DNA from: Ramazzottius varieornatus
Lineage: Eukaryota; Animalia; Tardigrada
NCBI GenBank assembly: GCA_001949185.1
Contig: BDGG01000010.1
Location: forward strand, 1,745,773 to 1,809,772
Reading direction: 5' to 3'
Length of the DNA stretch: 64,000 bases
The translations under genes were made by a program, and so were the position numbers. The notes under the pieces were generated by a model. It was not told where the DNA came from and did no database searches. It was given only the letters and a program-made list of their open reading frames with translations. This document shows, piece by piece, positions 51,965 to 64,000 of the stretch (position 1 is the stretch's first letter; each line of letters begins with the position of its first letter).

Positions 51965-52959
51965 GACGCCGAACTTCCAAAGAAGTATGTGCATCCTTAT
52001 AGCTATTCTTTCCCGGTGCTGTGATATCTTAATGATTCTTCTGAAAGTTGTACAGTGACTACGCGGTGTTGTGAATCATCACAACATCGTTCTTTTGAAA
52101 ACACGTCCTGATTTCTACAGGAACTCACGCGTCAAGGAATTAGTTTTGAGCGGGCCGGGGCTGTTGCCGAATTTTGACACATATTTTGCACAACATTATT
52201 TTACCAATCTAGTTATTGGGTTTTGGGCTTTCGAACGGCTAGGCGTATCGCTTGATACAAAAGAAGATCTGCGGTAGCCGTGTTGTACGATTGCCGTCGA
52301 TTGGGGTGCTGTTGTGCCGGCATCGGTTTGCTGAGGGCTTGAAGGTGCTGTTGTTCTCGCAATTAGTGTCGCAAGCATCCCTAATTATCTACCAACAGCT
52401 TACGACGAAGCATTATTCGTTGCTGATTCTCTTTTTCAACGAGAGCAATTACGCCGGGAAAAAGTTTTAGATTGATGTGCGTGTTCCACCTGACGCTACG
52501 GCAATGTCAACTCTGGTTTTGCTCCAGTGGGTGTGAGGCTAAAAGTATGACCAGCAGTTCATGGTCAGTCTCGTTTCCTTCTTTTCCCGTCTCCTTCGGG
52601 CTGATGGCAGTACTGCTGAAAATTTCTTCATCGGCGAAGTTGTAATCGGATTGTTCTCCCAGGACAGTTATGAAGTTTTGAACCATCGCTATCGATGACC
52701 GACAAAGGAAAGAGTATTTGGACCAGATGGCACTCCGCCAGATTCTTGTTCGTTGTTGGAAAGCAACAGAGAAATGGGTTACATGATTACCCTAATTGAT
52801 TAGCAGCTCTGCCAAGGCCCAAGGTATCCGCTCTGGTTTTCCCTTAGATGAGTTTCGGGTAGTGTAATTGGATCACTCGTACTTGAGGAAGAGATTCGAA
52901 CATTCTGCATACACGGTTGGCGATCGTGTTTCTTCTTCTCGTTTGTGAGCGGGAATGTG

Positions 52960-55900
52960 ATGGCCAACAGTGCCGCACATCCAACCGAGTCTGAGATAAA
53001 CGCGATCTCGAACCCAAGTTCTCAGGATACCCCCACCCAGTCCGGGTCTTCTAACAAATCCTGTGGTCGTGGACCACAATGCGGAATCGAAGACCGAACA
53101 TTCAGGTTGGTTTCTCTCCATTTCGTCATATTTATCGCCCTGATATTGTTTTATGGCGCCAACAGGATAGGGCGGCTTTTGGGAACTTATCCGTTCCTGT
53201 CGATCATCATTGCGATCTCGATCGTCGCCACCGGCTCGATGGGCTTCCTGAACTTTCGCATCGAGTCACGAGTCGAAGACCTGTGGATATCTCCAGAGTC
53301 CACCGCTTATGCAGCAAGAAGTGCCAGCAGACTCTTCCCGGTTGGGTCGCGTGCCAAATTGACGGTTTTTATCGGCGCTCCAGACGTTCTGCAGCAGGAC
53401 ATCGTTGAATTAGTAAGTTGACCTCGGGTTCGTCCGCCTGATATCATATCTATACTTCTGATCGGTATGATACTTTTCTTCGATTTTTTCAGATACTCAA
53501 AATCGACAGTATTGTGAAAGGTTTCACATATCGGGAAAAGGGATGGAATTCTTTGTGTTTCAAGTGAGTTATGACGGTATCTTAGTGTTTGTGCTTAATC
53601 TGCCTCATAGGTGTTTCTTGCAAGCAATCTCGTCACCTTGTTGCAGGAAGAATTCGGAATGCCAAACATTTTCGTTGCTCAATTTTCTGGATGTGTCAAA
53701 TAATCCTTATCTTACCAATGATGCTGTCGTCGCGGCAATGAACAATCCCGGACGAAATCGGTACAGAGTCTCAAAAAGTCAATATACTTATCAACAGCAT
53801 ATTTCCCTTCCTTGCCCAGTCCTGAATGCGTATTGTCGTAGGAGGAGCACCATTCTTCCTCCTTACCTCATCTCGCTTGAAGATGTATTGTCCGGTGTAA
53901 CCATTTCGAATTCGACCGGAGGCATATCGGGAGCGACAGTAACTCGAATGGTCTACTTTCTACAACGCCAGGAACCAGACAAGATTGCCTCCAAAGTACC
54001 GGTACGAGTTCTCGTGGCCTTATAATTGCCTGTCTAGAGGCTTCCGGTCTATCCATTCCGGTAAGCATGAGAAATGACTTTCGGTGATTTTAATTGATGG
54101 TGTTTCAGACTAGCGCGGAAGGGGTTCTACGAGACACACTGTCAAACACCTTCGGAACTGGCTTCAGCCAAAAGAACATCTGCATCGCGGTGGCACTCGA
54201 ATATCCGTGCGTCTCCCGCTTCAAACAGAAACCCCTTTCAGCCTTGGCTAGTCCAACTTTGGATCGGACTTTCTGTTTCAGATCAGCAGACATACCGCCA
54301 GAGACCTTTGTCTCGTTTGACTACTTTTCAAGCCTGCTCTACGCTTGCATCGCATATCTTCTCGTAGTATTCGTCGCAACCGGAAGTTACACTGGCTCCC
54401 GGCATGGGTTCTGGTTGGCTGTCTCTGGGTTGATTGGAGTTGGTCTCGCCATTGCCTTCGGCTTTGGAATCGCCTCCGCTGTTGGACTACCATTTACACC
54501 ATTCCATTTCGTGTTACCCATATACCTGCTCGGTTCGTCAGCATTCACGTCCAGTCAGTCAACAGTTCAAAATTGACCGCGTTGACCATTTTTCTTGTTT
54601 TTTCAGGTATGTCCCTCTTCGGGTTTCTCGTCATGGAAATGGAGCTACGTATGATCTCTAACGCTCGGCCCAATTTACCGAGGAACGATAAGATGGGACT
54701 AACCATGCAGCGGAGTTTCATGACGATCGTGCTCTGCATGTTGTCGAACTTCCTGGTTTTTGCTGTCGGAATTGGTTCGGTAAGCTTACTAAGCTGGAAA
54801 TTATTCGAGGCTTTGAAATTGCACTAGCGTTTCTGTTTTCATAGAGTCTGCCAATTGTTCGATCTTTTTGCGTGTTCGGAGTTACATCGTCCGTCGGCAT
54901 CTTCATCTCGCAAATTCTCTTCCTTTTCGGCTGCTTGTCCGCCTGGCAGAATACTTACGAAAGCCACGCTAGTGCTTTGATCTGCTGTTATACAAGAAAT
55001 GCCGCATCGGAGAGAAACTCTCCCAGCCTTTATACTTGGCTGAAACCTGTCTTCGGATTTCTAGCATCTAACCTTCATGACAATATTGGGAAGGTGGGTT
55101 CCTCAGAATACTTTGTAGGGATATGGCAATATTATTTTGTGTGTGTGTGTGTGTTTCAGGGTTTTGTTTTCCTGGGTGTGACTGTTCTGACCGGTGTTTG
55201 TGTCTACTTTCTCTTCTCCTTACGGATCGTTTTCAGCCTCCGACGGTATGACCAAGGTCTGTTAGAAGCTACTTCCGGGTTCACACCTCGCTTCGACGAC
55301 TTCGGAGCGAGCGAAGCATCCCTTGGGTGCGTCTACTTGGGAGACATTCCGTACCATCTCCGTCAGTCCGAACTGCGCACGTTTCAGCGCTATCTGAAAG
55401 AGCATGCATCCATCAGACCACGAAGTGTAGCCAGCTGGTTCGACCGATATCAAGGTTGGATCGCCAACTACCAGAAACTTCGAGCTATCGGATACTACAA
55501 CGGAACCGGCGGTCAGTTCGCTCTCATACCACGTATTGGCTGATCATTACCCAACACCAAGGATGGTTTCTCCTTCTAGGACTTGACACGGGCATTTTGG
55601 ACAAAACAGTTTTCTACCAGAGCGTCACAAAGTTTGTCCTTGAGAAAAACTACGAAGAAGACGTTGTATTGATTCGCAGACCGGATGACGACCTGGAAAT
55701 TCTGGTATGAAATTTTCCCTGAAAGAATTCGGAAAATTGCTTCCTATTTTTTTAAAACCTAACGGTTGCTGTTTACGAAAAAGGAAATTTTTGCACTTGC
55801 ATATGACTGTACAGGAATCACCAATGGAAACTCATGTTTTTCTAGACCAGCAGGATTTGCTTCCGGTTCGTGGTCGGACTGCATCCGGATAACTACTCTC

Positions 55901-57152
55901 TGGCAGCTGAAAACATTGCGAACGTCGCTGCGGATCTTCAGCTGGGCAAAGCTTACGTGGACTCCAACATGATGTTAGAAGTGCTCGTGCAGAAGACTCT
56001 GGCTAACGAGCTGTGGGTCCTCTTCGGAGCATACTTTGTGGTTCTGCTGATCGTCGCCGCGCTGACGATCCAAAGTGTCATCTCGGCCTTGGTGGTCTTC
56101 GTGAGTTTCGCCCTACTGACGGTAAGCCAAGAGTCTTTTCCCAAAGGGACAGTATAAGGAAGATAATTCAGCTTCCTCTATGGCGCAGATTCACTCCATC
56201 GGCTTGATATCTAGCCAGAAAATTTCGATCGACTCCATGATGCTAGTGACGACTTTCTGTTACATCTCCATTGTGAGTCAGACCATCTTCTACGAAGCGA
56301 CGGTTTTTAATCGTCTTGATGGGAAGTTCGAACGAAAAGGTAATTTTAATATTTTTCGGCAAAGCTCATTACTGCTCTTAGTGTTCTGATCCTCAACTAC
56401 ATTCGTCTGTTCTTCGCAGCTCGACTGAAAAGCACGCTTATCGCTGCGGGTCCTCCAGCCCTTGCCTGCTTTCTCTGCGCCATCTGTACCACCATCCCGC
56501 TTTTCGACAGCTCGGTGGAGAGCTTCCGACTGATCCTCAAGGCACGATAACAACGTGTGTGGTTTGCCTCACATCCTACTCCATTAATGCTTTTGTTGTT
56601 GATTCTTTTCAGATCGCTTACACAACAATGGCAGTCGGATTCGCGCACGTTTTCCTCTTCCTTCCCGTTGCGCTAAGCGTGGCCACACCCGAAGCTGTCT
56701 CATATGCAACACTTCGCCTTCGTCGGCGTTTCACAAAGCAAACTCCACAACCGCCCTCTCCCGAAGTTCATTTTGACGGAGGGGTCAACATCCTACAAGA
56801 ACCGGAACCGATCGAGCTAGCCAACAATCAAGTCCATTTTGCGGCCCGAAGTCCCGCACAACGGCATGACAGTATCAGCAGTCGAGTTAGCCTGCGTTTC
56901 CACCACAAGAATGCCTGCTTACGTGCTGTACTCCATAGTCTACCCAGCCCTATAGAATCGGTTACTTCCGAAGAAGAAAAGGCACACGCCACAGAGGACC
57001 TGCAACCCAGCAGTGACCCAGCTCAATACGACTCACTCAAGAATCTGTCAATTTCCGCTCAACAGTCTGAAGATCGTGCAGAACATGAATATACCCTTGG
57101 AACTCAAGGGTCACTTCCGGACAGACCAGAAGCGACGACGTCAACGCACTGA
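52960..57152 (+). CDS. Patched-related / NPC1-like sterol-sensing-domain (RND) membrane protein, divergent
   Basis: TM1 followed by RIESRVEDLWISPES. SSD pattern WLAVSGLIGVGLAIAFGFGIASAVGLPF...LPIYLLG...KMGLTM...SNFLVFAVG...LPIVRSFC. Luminal SWF motif, second TM bundle ending GFAHVFLFLPVALS, disordered tail. Upstream exons are possible. Confidence 0.82.
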
Positions 57153-57580
57153 TGGCTTCTAAGCCCATAAGTACACAAAACAAAATGTTTTATTTTTATC
57201 ACATGGAAGAAAAGGTTGCCTGTTCGATGGATCTAATTCCCTGAATATGGGACGTGGGCAAATGAAATGATTCAGATCTCAAGCAGCGCACTTTTCTGTT
57301 GTTTCGGCTGCAAGTGTGCGCCACTTGGCAGAACGACCTGGACTGAATCGTTTGCCTACGTCCCAAATGCTGTTCACTCGAATGAATTCAACGCTGATTC
57401 TCTCTTGCAGATCCATCGGCTAACTTCACCGTTGCGAGCTTTGAGTCGGTGAGTGCCTACGGCTTATCAGCAATCTCATTAGTGATGAAATAAAATTTTA
57501 ATGCATTCGATTTCAATTGGAAATCGACCAGAACAAATGCCATTTTAACGTCAATTTGATGATCACTTGAAGACAACGTT

Positions 57581-57716
57581 CCGCGCCTGCTGGGAAAACC
57601 ACCTCTCGATGGCCCAACCATGGGGACCCGGGACACGGTGCCAGTGGGTTGTCGAGTTCCCCGCCTGTCTCGACTGTCACGAGATGGGAGGGAACTGTAA
57701 CGGGGTGTGGCTTTTT
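57581..57716 (+). ncRNA. Candidate structured small RNA (unidentified family)
   Basis: GC-rich island in an intergenic gap with a 5'/3' closing stem, two internal hairpins, an A-box-like TGGCCCAAC and a terminal TTTTT. No known family recognised. Confidence 0.35.
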
Positions 57717-58534
57717 GACTTGTTCAACTGACAATACACTTGAGTAAATCTAATCACATAGCATCCATAATAAAGAGGCATCTCTACTACAGCTTATCTA
57801 ACAGTTTCCTCTTGTGGCACAACCCTTTTAAGAGGATAATCGAAGAAGCATCCATATTATGGGATACAACTTGTACGCTGTATCCATAACAAGAGGGGCA
57901 TGTGTTTGCTATCGCTTGAGTAAAGACGGCTTTCACTCCTTCTCTTCTGATCTGTCTTGACAGTATGAATCACAGTCGATCATTTTCTTTTTTTTTTGAA
58001 GAAACCGCAAAGCCGGTTTGAGGTCTTCGAGATGAATGAGGTTATACTTAGGACAAATTTCTTGTCTTTCAAACCATTTTGTTAACTTGTCAAGCGCTGC
58101 TTGCAGATGTGTAATTTATTCTTCCGTCTTGTACAAAATGGACAACGTCTGTCTTTAATCGATCTACAAGAGACCGCGACCACCTCGAGCTTTGGACATA
58201 AACACGACACGTGAAGCGCAAGAGGGTGAAAGAGATTGCGGTTCGTATCGTCCATCGGTGAGACAAGTCGCTCAGCTGGTGTCTGTTTGATGTCAAGGAC
58301 AACAAGGAAGTGTTGAATTTTGAACGAAGACTCGCGCTTGCATCGCTCCGCTGAACCACCCCGCGCTAGCTGTTACATACAAAAGGCAATTTGTGTTTGT
58401 TCGCGGTGCAAAAGTCATCTGCTCGGTGCTCGGAATGTAACTCACTGTTACGGTGAATTGACGAACTGTCAACATTGCAAGCGCTGGACACAAGAATTAG
58501 TAGCCGTTTTGCCAAAGAGCGGAAAGACAGATTC

Positions 58535-59257
58535 ATGATGGCTGTAGATGACGAGGTGTTTCACCATGTTCCTGGACTGCCAATGACTTCGGAAGCTGTG
58601 CGTATGAAATTTGCTATAACGACAACTTTACCCAAAAACTTTCGAAACAAAATTGAATTATTTCCGTCATATGGAAAATTTCATCGATTTTCCTCAGAAT
58701 TATCCTGGTATGAGGAACAAACATGCTAATTTTTTTGCGTAGATTCCGGTTCGGATAGAGAAGGAGAAGCTGATCGATGAAAGCGGCGAAGCGTTGTTCC
58801 GGTGTGGCTTTCGCATTGGCGGCGGTATTGACCAAGACCCCGGAAAATCACCACATGGGTACACCGATAAAGTAAGTTATTCTTTTTACTAATGATAATC
58901 CCAGAGATGAAAATTTGCATCAGAGATCAGTCTACCGCAACATGTCTCTGAAAGATCGTGGGTCCTGGGCTGTTTCTCACTGCTTATAGTGTTGTCAGGG
59001 GATTTACGTCACCGGTATCCATGAAGGAACACCTGCGTCCCGTTCTGGTCTCAAGATCCACGACAAGCTGCTTCAGGTACATTTACACAGGCTTCATTTC
59101 ATTCGAGGAACTTGAATGCGCTATTCTGGTAAGGTGAATATCTTCGACGTTGTTTCAGGTTAACGGGCATGACTTTACCCTTGTAACCCACAAGGAAGCC
59201 TGTGACTACATTGCCAAATACCCCGTGCTGAACGCGCTCGTCGCAAGGAAAGAGTGA
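58535..59257 (+). CDS. TAX1BP3: Tax1-binding protein 3 (TIP-1), single PDZ domain
   Basis: Spliced: IPVRIEKE...CGFRIGGGIDQDPGKSPHGYTDK|GIYVT...SGLKIHDKLLQ|VNGHDFTLVTHKEACDYI. Confidence 0.93.
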
Positions 59258-59397
59258 ACTTTGCAAGCATCTCCGGCATATTTTACATTTTATGATCCTA
59301 CAGATCGAACGACGATGGACTGTGCGCTTCTGAGAGAACCGTCTTGTGATATGGAAATACTTTTTATCAATCTTCACTGCATGATGACTGAATCGAT

Positions 59398-62300
59398 TTA
59401 AAACCCATAAGTATAGTCTGAATCGAAGACTACTGCATATCGAGGAGTACGAGCAATAATTTTTGGCTGGGGGATGGCTTGTCGGTCCAGGAAGTCCTTC
59501 GCTTTGGCGATAAGTCCGGACAGGCTTTGTGTGACAGTGTCGCGTTTGTCGATAGCATCGTCCGGTTCGGACTCCAGATGAGTTACAAGTTTACTCAAAG
59601 TTTCTTCCAGGTCCATGCAGGTCTTGGCCACGTCAAGGCGAGCATCTGCGCCGCTGACTGCAGGCGGGGTGAAAGGTACTGCGAACTGAGGGACGGTCGC
59701 TGCAGAAGTCGCTCCGAAGGTTCTCGGCTCTTCGGGAAGAAAGGCTGCCTCTGTGGCTTTGTCGGCCCGATCCACATGCCGCTGACATTTGATGCAGGAC
59801 AGGTCTGTAATTTCTCGGCCTGTAGGGTTTGTTGAACGGGAGTTGTAATGAGATATCTGGCTTCCAAAGCGACTAGGAAGAGTTGGATCGGTCAAATGTC
59901 TCAAAAGCTCTGTGAAGCTTGCTAGGGAATTCGAACTTCCGGGTCGACCACTTCCGGTATCTGTTTCTTCCAACCCGGCTATCACATCCGCCGGAGAGAG
60001 CTCTGGTAGGTTTGGTGCGGATTCCGTGACTAGTTCTTCCAGAGGAAGATCATCATCATCGTTCAAGTCGCCTATTTCTGAAGATGGAGGAGAGATCGGT
60101 GAGAACACCTGGACGTTCTGATAACGTCGCTGATAGGGTTGTCTGAAATCACTTGCGCGAGGGGAGTCGTATTGTGTTGTGAAGGTACGGGACACAACCT
60201 CTGCGCTGTCGGCTCTTTCAATCGATTGACTTCCAACGGCTACAAAGCATTGTGCAGGGGATATAGTTTGCGAAGGTGAAAGAATGGAACAATTTGAGCG
60301 AGGTGTCTGACGGTTTGCAGGCGAGCTCACAATCGTCCACGGAGAAGCGCTGTGGGTTGACGTTGATATGCCGGACTGTGGTGAGCGTTCGTAGTTAGTT
60401 CTGGAACAGCTCGGTCGCTGATCGGGAAGCATACTTTGAGCTGGGCTGACTGCGCTCGAGGCAGTTCGTGAGGATCTCTTCCTTCTTCCTGCAGTTGGAG
60501 TTTGCTGCGAGACTGGGCTGGTGTCTGGAAAGCTGTAAGGATCGATGGACACCGAGGGTGGTGGACTGGCGATGACGTCATGCTGCCCATTGGCTGAACA
60601 ACGAATGGCGGTAGATGACGCTCTTTCCACTTCCGTTCGGCTGCTCAGATCACCTGTTCGCAGTGGAGAAATCTCATGACTCTCATCGTGTGCCGCGAAC
60701 CTGTCCGCGAATTTCTTTTTCCGTCCTATGTCTTCAAGTCCGGGAAGAGGACCTAAATCTAGTTTAATTAAATTTTGATGAGCTGAGCCTTTCACGGAAC
60801 TTATGGAAAGCAATGTAAGTGGCTGAGTCTGACTCAATAACGTTAAGTCGTTAACAGTCTCTTCTGGCCGTCTGCGAACTCTATCTACGTGGCGCTTACA
60901 TTCTCTAAGAGGTGGATGGTTGGGCCTTCTTCTGGACACCACCGATGAGATGGACGACGGCTCCATGCGACCGAGACAAGCTTCTACAGCATCTTTCTCG
61001 TGGTCGTTTGTGCCTTCCTCATAGGCTTCTGGGGAATCTGTAGATTAGACCGTGACAGTAGACGTTTCTTGCTTTGCGTAAAGTGTTCTCTCACCGGAGT
61101 GTGGATTTTCGGGGATTTTGTCGCCGGGATCTGAAGGCAAGCTGTCTTCAGAAACCGGCTCGTGGTTGGAGGAACTGATTGGTTCCAGTTCTTCGGAGTT
61201 GAGGTAGGCCTCAATCGAACGTCGTCTATAAACAAAGTTCTATCGTCCATTTTTATGTACTGTACAATAAATACGTGTGCTAGACTATCACATACGTTTC
61301 TGCTTGAAGGAGATCCAGCGTGGGAGCTAACTTCGAAGGTCTTCCACGCCTCCTCTTCGGCACATTAGACTCGGCAGCGACTTTCGTGGTTGGCTTCTTC
61401 TTCGACGCAGCCGGTGGTCTGTAACGCAAAGTATTCTATTTTCTGGTGGCGGAGGAGCTCAAATTTCCCGTGCTAACAGGAGCAGGTTCCGCAGTAATAC
61501 GTACTGTTTCTCCTCCATGCTTTCCGGTGGAAGGTGAGTTATGGTGCGGAGTGGCTTCGGCTGTTCAAGCGCCTTTCTCGACAGACGTGGTCTTTTGCAT
61601 TGCTGCGTCGGTTCCGCCAATGGCTTGAATCTTTGTCCACTATGCAGCAACATTTTCGAAAAACTGCCAGCATGGTCACTCAGGGAAATGATGTGTGATT
61701 GAAAAAATGAAAAGGAGGGGGCGGTGGGGGATTGTGTGCTGGTTGATGGGCTCTTCGACAATGGTGACTTCGAATTTTTCGCTCTTCGGAGAAAAATTGT
61801 CCATTATCAATTCGTTCATGATCGTGTACAAGACAAGTGGCTTTCTGACTCACCTTTTCCGCCTCCTTCTTCGAGGACCTTGGGAGTTCTGGGATGAAGA
61901 AGCCTGGTCGTTCAGTAACTGTCTGCCAGCCGATGAAAACCTTTCGCTACGGGAAGCGGATCTCTCACTCCTATGGTCCTCTATAACAGGACGCCGCAAG
62001 GTTCCAGTGAAGGGACAACTGTTAGACACACGGTTAGGCTGGACATCAACATCAACCTCGGACTCTGGTGGACCAGGTGACAAGGCGTTGCGAATTTCCT
62101 CCAAGCTAGGAATACTGTTGAGAATACTGATTGATTTCTGGGCAAACTCCATATCGACGTGAGGCAGGTTGAGAGTTGGAGAGATTATTCTAGGTTGAGT
62201 GTTCTGAGCTGCGTTTTTGGCCGCACGCTCCTTGACCATTCTTATCAGGTTCTTGGATGTTCTGGAAGGCGGTGCTCCGGCGGCGTGGTTGTGAGGCTTG

Positions 62301-62641
62301 CTTGCCGCTACTTGCATGGGCGTCGGCCAGATGCGGATGCTTCCGGGACAGGCAATACCGTTTTGCACATACTGGTCCATGTCAATGCAACGGTAAACGG
62401 CGAGATCCTCGTCTGTTTTTCCACTGAAACAATGTTTGTGTCCGGAATAGACGCCTACAGGCTCTGTATTTCCATATATATGATAAAAGTGGGGCTTCTC
62501 CGGCGGAGCTTCCTTGCTGTGACTTGGTAGTGGGATACTGCACACGTTTTCTTCTGCAGGATCCTTCTTCGTTCTACTGTTGATCGAGGATAAAATGCTG
62601 CGGTTGCTGGAAGAAACACTGCGTTCGTGTCGACTACTCAT
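59398..62641 (-). CDS. Large S/P/T-rich disordered protein with an N-terminal FLYWCH-like (WRKY/GCM1-fold) zinc finger
   Basis: ATG 62641. YSGHKHCF...VYRC-x12-CPGSIRI...HNH at 62491-62285. Long open frames 62641-61850 and 60966-59398; intermediate exons not fully resolved. Confidence 0.65.
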
Positions 62642-63728
62642 TCCAAAGGCATCCGAGAAGACGGAAACACGTAACAGAATAACAATAGTATCCAGTTTTC
62701 ATTATAAATCCGAAAGTTATCACTCTTGACACTTCCATGCTCGTAGGAAGATGTCTGCTAGATATCATGCTTCGTCAAATGAGCAAAGTTTCAGTGGATT
62801 GAGAATTTCAATGCAGGGTAATATATTGTAGGATGAGCATGTTGAGCGAAAGCAAGAGCTGAAATTCTTCTTGGCGATCGTCGACGTTTGCGGTGGCGCA
62901 CGAGTTCGCCAATATACCTGCAGGCTCTTTTGAGAACGGAAAAGGTTTACTTGTTTGTATATTGACGTGGCGTAATCGGTGTAAAATGAAGTCGCCGCGA
63001 TCAGGTTTTCGGCGACTCCTCGTACTACTACGAAATTGTTACCTTTGTGCCGTACTTCGCTCTGTGTGAAGTGAGCTGTCATAAATACTGACGTGAATGC
63101 TCAAGAGCCGGTAGAATTTGGAAATTCAGCAGATTACTATTAAATATGGCAATGGGCATAAATAAGTACTTGAGGAGCGCTTATGATTTTCAAAGCTCCG
63201 ATTGACCAACTGAAATTTTCTCTCGGTGGAGTTTAGCGACCGGTTTGACACTCTCGAGAACGTTGCACTGCTTTCGATCTGCGGTGGGTTCCACGAGTCG
63301 ATTTGTATTCAGGGAAAACACGTGAGGGATAGCTAGTTGAGAACACTGCTGACACTCCCACAAAACCCTACGCTGTGTTCTGTCTGAATGGAAGTGGCCA
63401 ATAAGGAAACAATAGCCAACTGTATTGTCACGTCCACTCACATCAGATTATCCACAGGCAAATATGGATGTGGACTTGGGTCTGTTGGCGGAAATGAACA
63501 CTGGCCTGTAAAGTCGAAAGTGTTGACCTTAATCTCTTCATGCATAAATAGCTTGGCCAATCAAGAATTCAAAGTTCGGAGAATACCATGAATGCCGTAT
63601 ATAAGGCCTCAAAACCTGGCGTTGTTTTCCGTCGACTTCTCTGACTTCCTACGCGTTCAAATTTTGATCTTTTTAGGAACTCACATCTTTGAAAATGTCA
63701 CAGCTAATCTTTGCCTTTGTTCTTCTAG

Positions 63729-64000
63729 TCACCTTGACCATAGTTCACGCCGGCGACGATGCGTCAGTCCACGTTCACGTTGAGTCAGCCCCAGGACCCG
63801 ACATGGGAATGCGACTGCCGCTCTTCAATTACTATCGGTCCGCCATGGGTGCTCCGCCGGACCCTGCATTAGCCGCTGCCTTCTCAAAATGGCACGGAGA
63901 TGAGGTCCACAGCCAAGGTCCCGATGCAGTACTTCCCCCTACTCCCGTTGCTCAAGCTCCGAATGGTGGAAGCCTGCAGCACGCGAACCGTCCACTTCGA
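63729..64000 (+). CDS. Partial coding exon of an unidentified gene running off the right edge
   Basis: Branch-like CTAAT, pyrimidine tract and TAG acceptor at 63728. Frame open to the end (TLTIVHAGDD...MGMRLPLFNYYRSAMGAPPDP...). Confidence 0.5.

Noticed and set aside
55138-55153. (TG)n microsatellite
   Set aside because: Short intronic simple repeat with no further significance evident.

Overview
Eukaryotic (animal, invertebrate-like) DNA from a very compact genome. Most introns are ~55-100 nt GT-AG and most intergenic gaps are under 1 kb; a tardigrade-like or other small ecdysozoan source is a guess from architecture only. From ~12 kb onward the window is a dense run of spliced genes that I assembled by hand: ASCC1, a degenerate UBIAD1-like gene, a bromodomain (BRD8-like) gene, a calmodulin-like gene, two phosphorylase kinase gamma paralogs flanking an alkaline ceramidase, TMEM141 and a hidden divergent paralog, ALG2, a GT11 alpha-1,2-fucosyltransferase, LACTB2, SF3A2, LAS1L, SLC25A10, ANAPC16, POP7, TDP2, Spinster, a Patched-related SSD protein, TAX1BP3 and a FLYWCH-like finger protein, plus two MITEs. 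The first ~11.7 kb is different. It has no recognisable protein apart from the N-terminus of a minus-strand gene running off the left edge, shows many minus-strand splice signals, and carries a cluster of a 13-bp palindrome (TGACC-N3-GGTCA). Best leads: that motif cluster and its long leader, TDP2 with a duplicated UBA-like domain, a candidate structured ~135-nt RNA ending in T5, and two proteins that appear to have lost their functional residues (UBIAD1-like, Patched-related). Gene names rest on remembered family motifs, not database searches, and exon boundaries are manual predictions.
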